From: Lytechinus pictus
Lineage: Eukaryota
Assembly: GCF_037042905.1 (NCBI RefSeq)
Contig: NC_087250.1
Location: forward strand, 15,130,001 to 15,194,000
Reading direction: 5' to 3'
Length of the DNA stretch: 64,000 bases
The notes beneath the pieces were generated by a model. That model had not been told where the DNA came from and ran no database searches. It saw only the letters and a program-made list of their open reading frames with translations. Positions 62,187-64,000 of the stretch are shown here, one piece after another; position 1 is the first letter of the stretch; the number at the start of each line of letters is the position of its first letter. The position numbers and the translations under genes are program-made.

Positions 62187-62269
62187 CTGGACAGGTCCCT
62201 ATTGTGACGTGCTGAAACCGGGGCTGCATCAATTTATCAAGTTCTTTGTTCTTGAGGGCCAACTCACAC
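62187..62269 (-). CDS. Kazal second-half exon (CELALKNKELDKLMQPRFQHVTIGTCP)
   Basis: Phase 2-1; supplies the Kazal CxL and terminal GxC motifs. Confidence 0.8.
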
Positions 62270-62404
62270 CTGTTAAAAATACGGTCAATACAGCCAGAGT
62301 CACACATAAATGAAATCGTACGCCATTTTAAATAATGTAGGCATAATGGAGATTTGATCGGTCATGTTCAGTCTCTCTTGATGTGACTGACTGTGTGAAC
62401 ATGC

Positions 62405-62602
62405 GGTCACACGACATTTGCTCCGGCGACAATTGCTCCGGGATTCATTTCGTCTAAGATATGTAAGATTAGGGCTGCACAAGGGTTTTACATTAGGTTT
62501 AGGATGTGGTATAGTGCCAAATTTAGGATTGAAGTTGGTCATTCGATTAGTATGTTGAGTTTACTGCGGAGGAATTGTCGCCGGAGCAAATGCAATGGAA
62601 CC
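62405..62602. mobile_element. Small MITE with an 8-bp TSD
   Basis: TIR catttgctccggcgacaatt / aattgtcgccggagcaaatg; TSD GAACATGC on both sides. Confidence 0.85.
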
Positions 62603-62950
62603 GAACATGCACCAAGAAATTCATTAGAAGTATTGGACTTGCGATGTCATATGCATAGGGCTGCCCCATATGTTATGTACTATAAATGCATTTCACTTTA
62701 TCAATGGGTCATGACCACTAAAAGTTTTTGTTCTTTCAGGAGTGGATGTGAAATGATTTGTCTGTTGATATACTGAAAATACAATAATAATAATAAAAAA
62801 ATTAGAATAGGATATTTTATTAACTTTTTAGTACACAATATAGGAAAACAGATGAAACATTAAAAATTCTTAAAACCTTTTTTAATGGTGGAAATATAAA
62901 GAAATGGATATACTTTGATAATGAACGGATATACGATTTGTATTAAATAC

Positions 62951-63116
62951 CTGATCCGAAAAGTCTTGAACTCGTTGCCGTTTGTTGCACAAACAGGAAA
63001 GTCGTAGTTATCAGCACAATATCTTACAAGGCTTTCACATTTGGGAGTCCCGTCTTTAGTTACAACGCATGTCTCATAGAGCTTGCACTTGAACGTAGGG
63101 TCCTTCTCGCATCTAT
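62951..63116 (-). CDS. Exon of a follistatin-N/Kazal-module protein (gene begins beyond the window)
   Basis: DRCEKDPTFKCKLYETCVVTKDGTPKCESLVRYCADNYDFPVCATNGNEFKTF: FOLN-type cysteines plus the Kazal PVCxxxG motif; tag acceptor and gtatt donor. Confidence 0.85.
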
Positions 63117-64000
63117 CTAAAAGTAGAACAAAATAAAGATTTAAATGAAAGTGATTATTGATTTGATTAAAAACAAACAAAAAGAACAAAACAAAATCTT
63201 GAGGTCCTAGTTGTAACCTGTATCATAAAAACACTGTTTAATATTTTCACACGACTATTTTATAAACACGTTTATAAAATCTTAAACAACAAAGTTTAAT
63301 TTGTAATACTTATGTCTCATTAAATTCAGCATGGTTGTTTAACTGGTAAACAACTACTGTCACGTTTTTTTTTCTTTCTAAACTAAACAGCGTTGTATAT
63401 TTTTGTTTAAACAGAGTTTGTATGTTTTAAAGGCCGTGTAAGATTGTACCCGGCAATACTATTAAGTGCTTCAAAAATTGAAAAATAAATAGACCGTAAA
63501 CACCTCTCCAATTTTATGGCTAATATACCGTTACATCAATCTCCCCGGCCGATTAAAATTTGTATTTTATTCAGTCAAAAATATCTTGACAGTATTTATA
63601 GATCAATTAGATTTGTTTTTCTGATTGGATAAACAAAATTGAATATGAAATACAAATAGATCAATGTTCGGTGTATTTTTTTCATTGTAAAATGGTGCAT
63701 TTTTGCATTTCAAACAAAAAGGGGCACCAGCTAGAAGGTCATTGTGGCTAAGCAATAGGGCATCCATTCATGGTCATGATCTCAGACTGGGGGGATTTTA
63801 CAAGAAAATATTTGCAATCAATTGCAAATTAACAAGTGATATAGATCGATCTTTACTAAAGTAAATGGGGGAAGGGTAGAAGGGGGGTGGGTGGAACGAT
63901 TTCTGAAGAGTGGATGCATGCTGGTTTCACTCAGAAATTAAATGAAGGGTGAATTTGGCCAAAAAAAAATGCCAAGCCAAGAAAAAAAATCCCTCCAGAA

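Overview
AT-rich, repeat-dense eukaryotic genomic DNA with GT-AG introns. The repeat families suggest a marine invertebrate, probably a sea urchin (inference). Most of the window (9989-54974, minus strand) is one spliced gene of the NWD1/NWD2 family of STAND NTPases. I could thread it by hand through 29 phase-compatible exons (6693 nt, about 2230 aa). Its layout is a low-complexity N-terminus, a DUF4062/TIR-like domain, a NACHT ATPase (Walker A GLAGRGKT, Walker B LVIFIDGPD), a winged-helix region, WD40 repeats and an acidic tail ending EEEEDY. The 5' exon and three small cassette exons are less certain. The last three coding exons of a follistatin/Kazal-module gene (minus strand) lie at 61091-63116. 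The rest is nested non-autonomous DNA transposons, solo-LTR-like repeats, tRNA-derived SINEs and microsatellites. The most unusual features are: (1) a 330-bp inverted copy of one of the gene's own exon/intron junctions, which brackets two phase-0 exons (720 nt) and could drive dsRNA formation, exon skipping or a stop-free circRNA; (2) a cluster of symmetric micro-exons adding a PKA-motif-rich insert beside the TIR-like domain; (3) a foldback element with 15-bp terminal arrays and a 9-bp TSD inside a nest of three transposons. No prokaryotic systems or CRISPR arrays are present.
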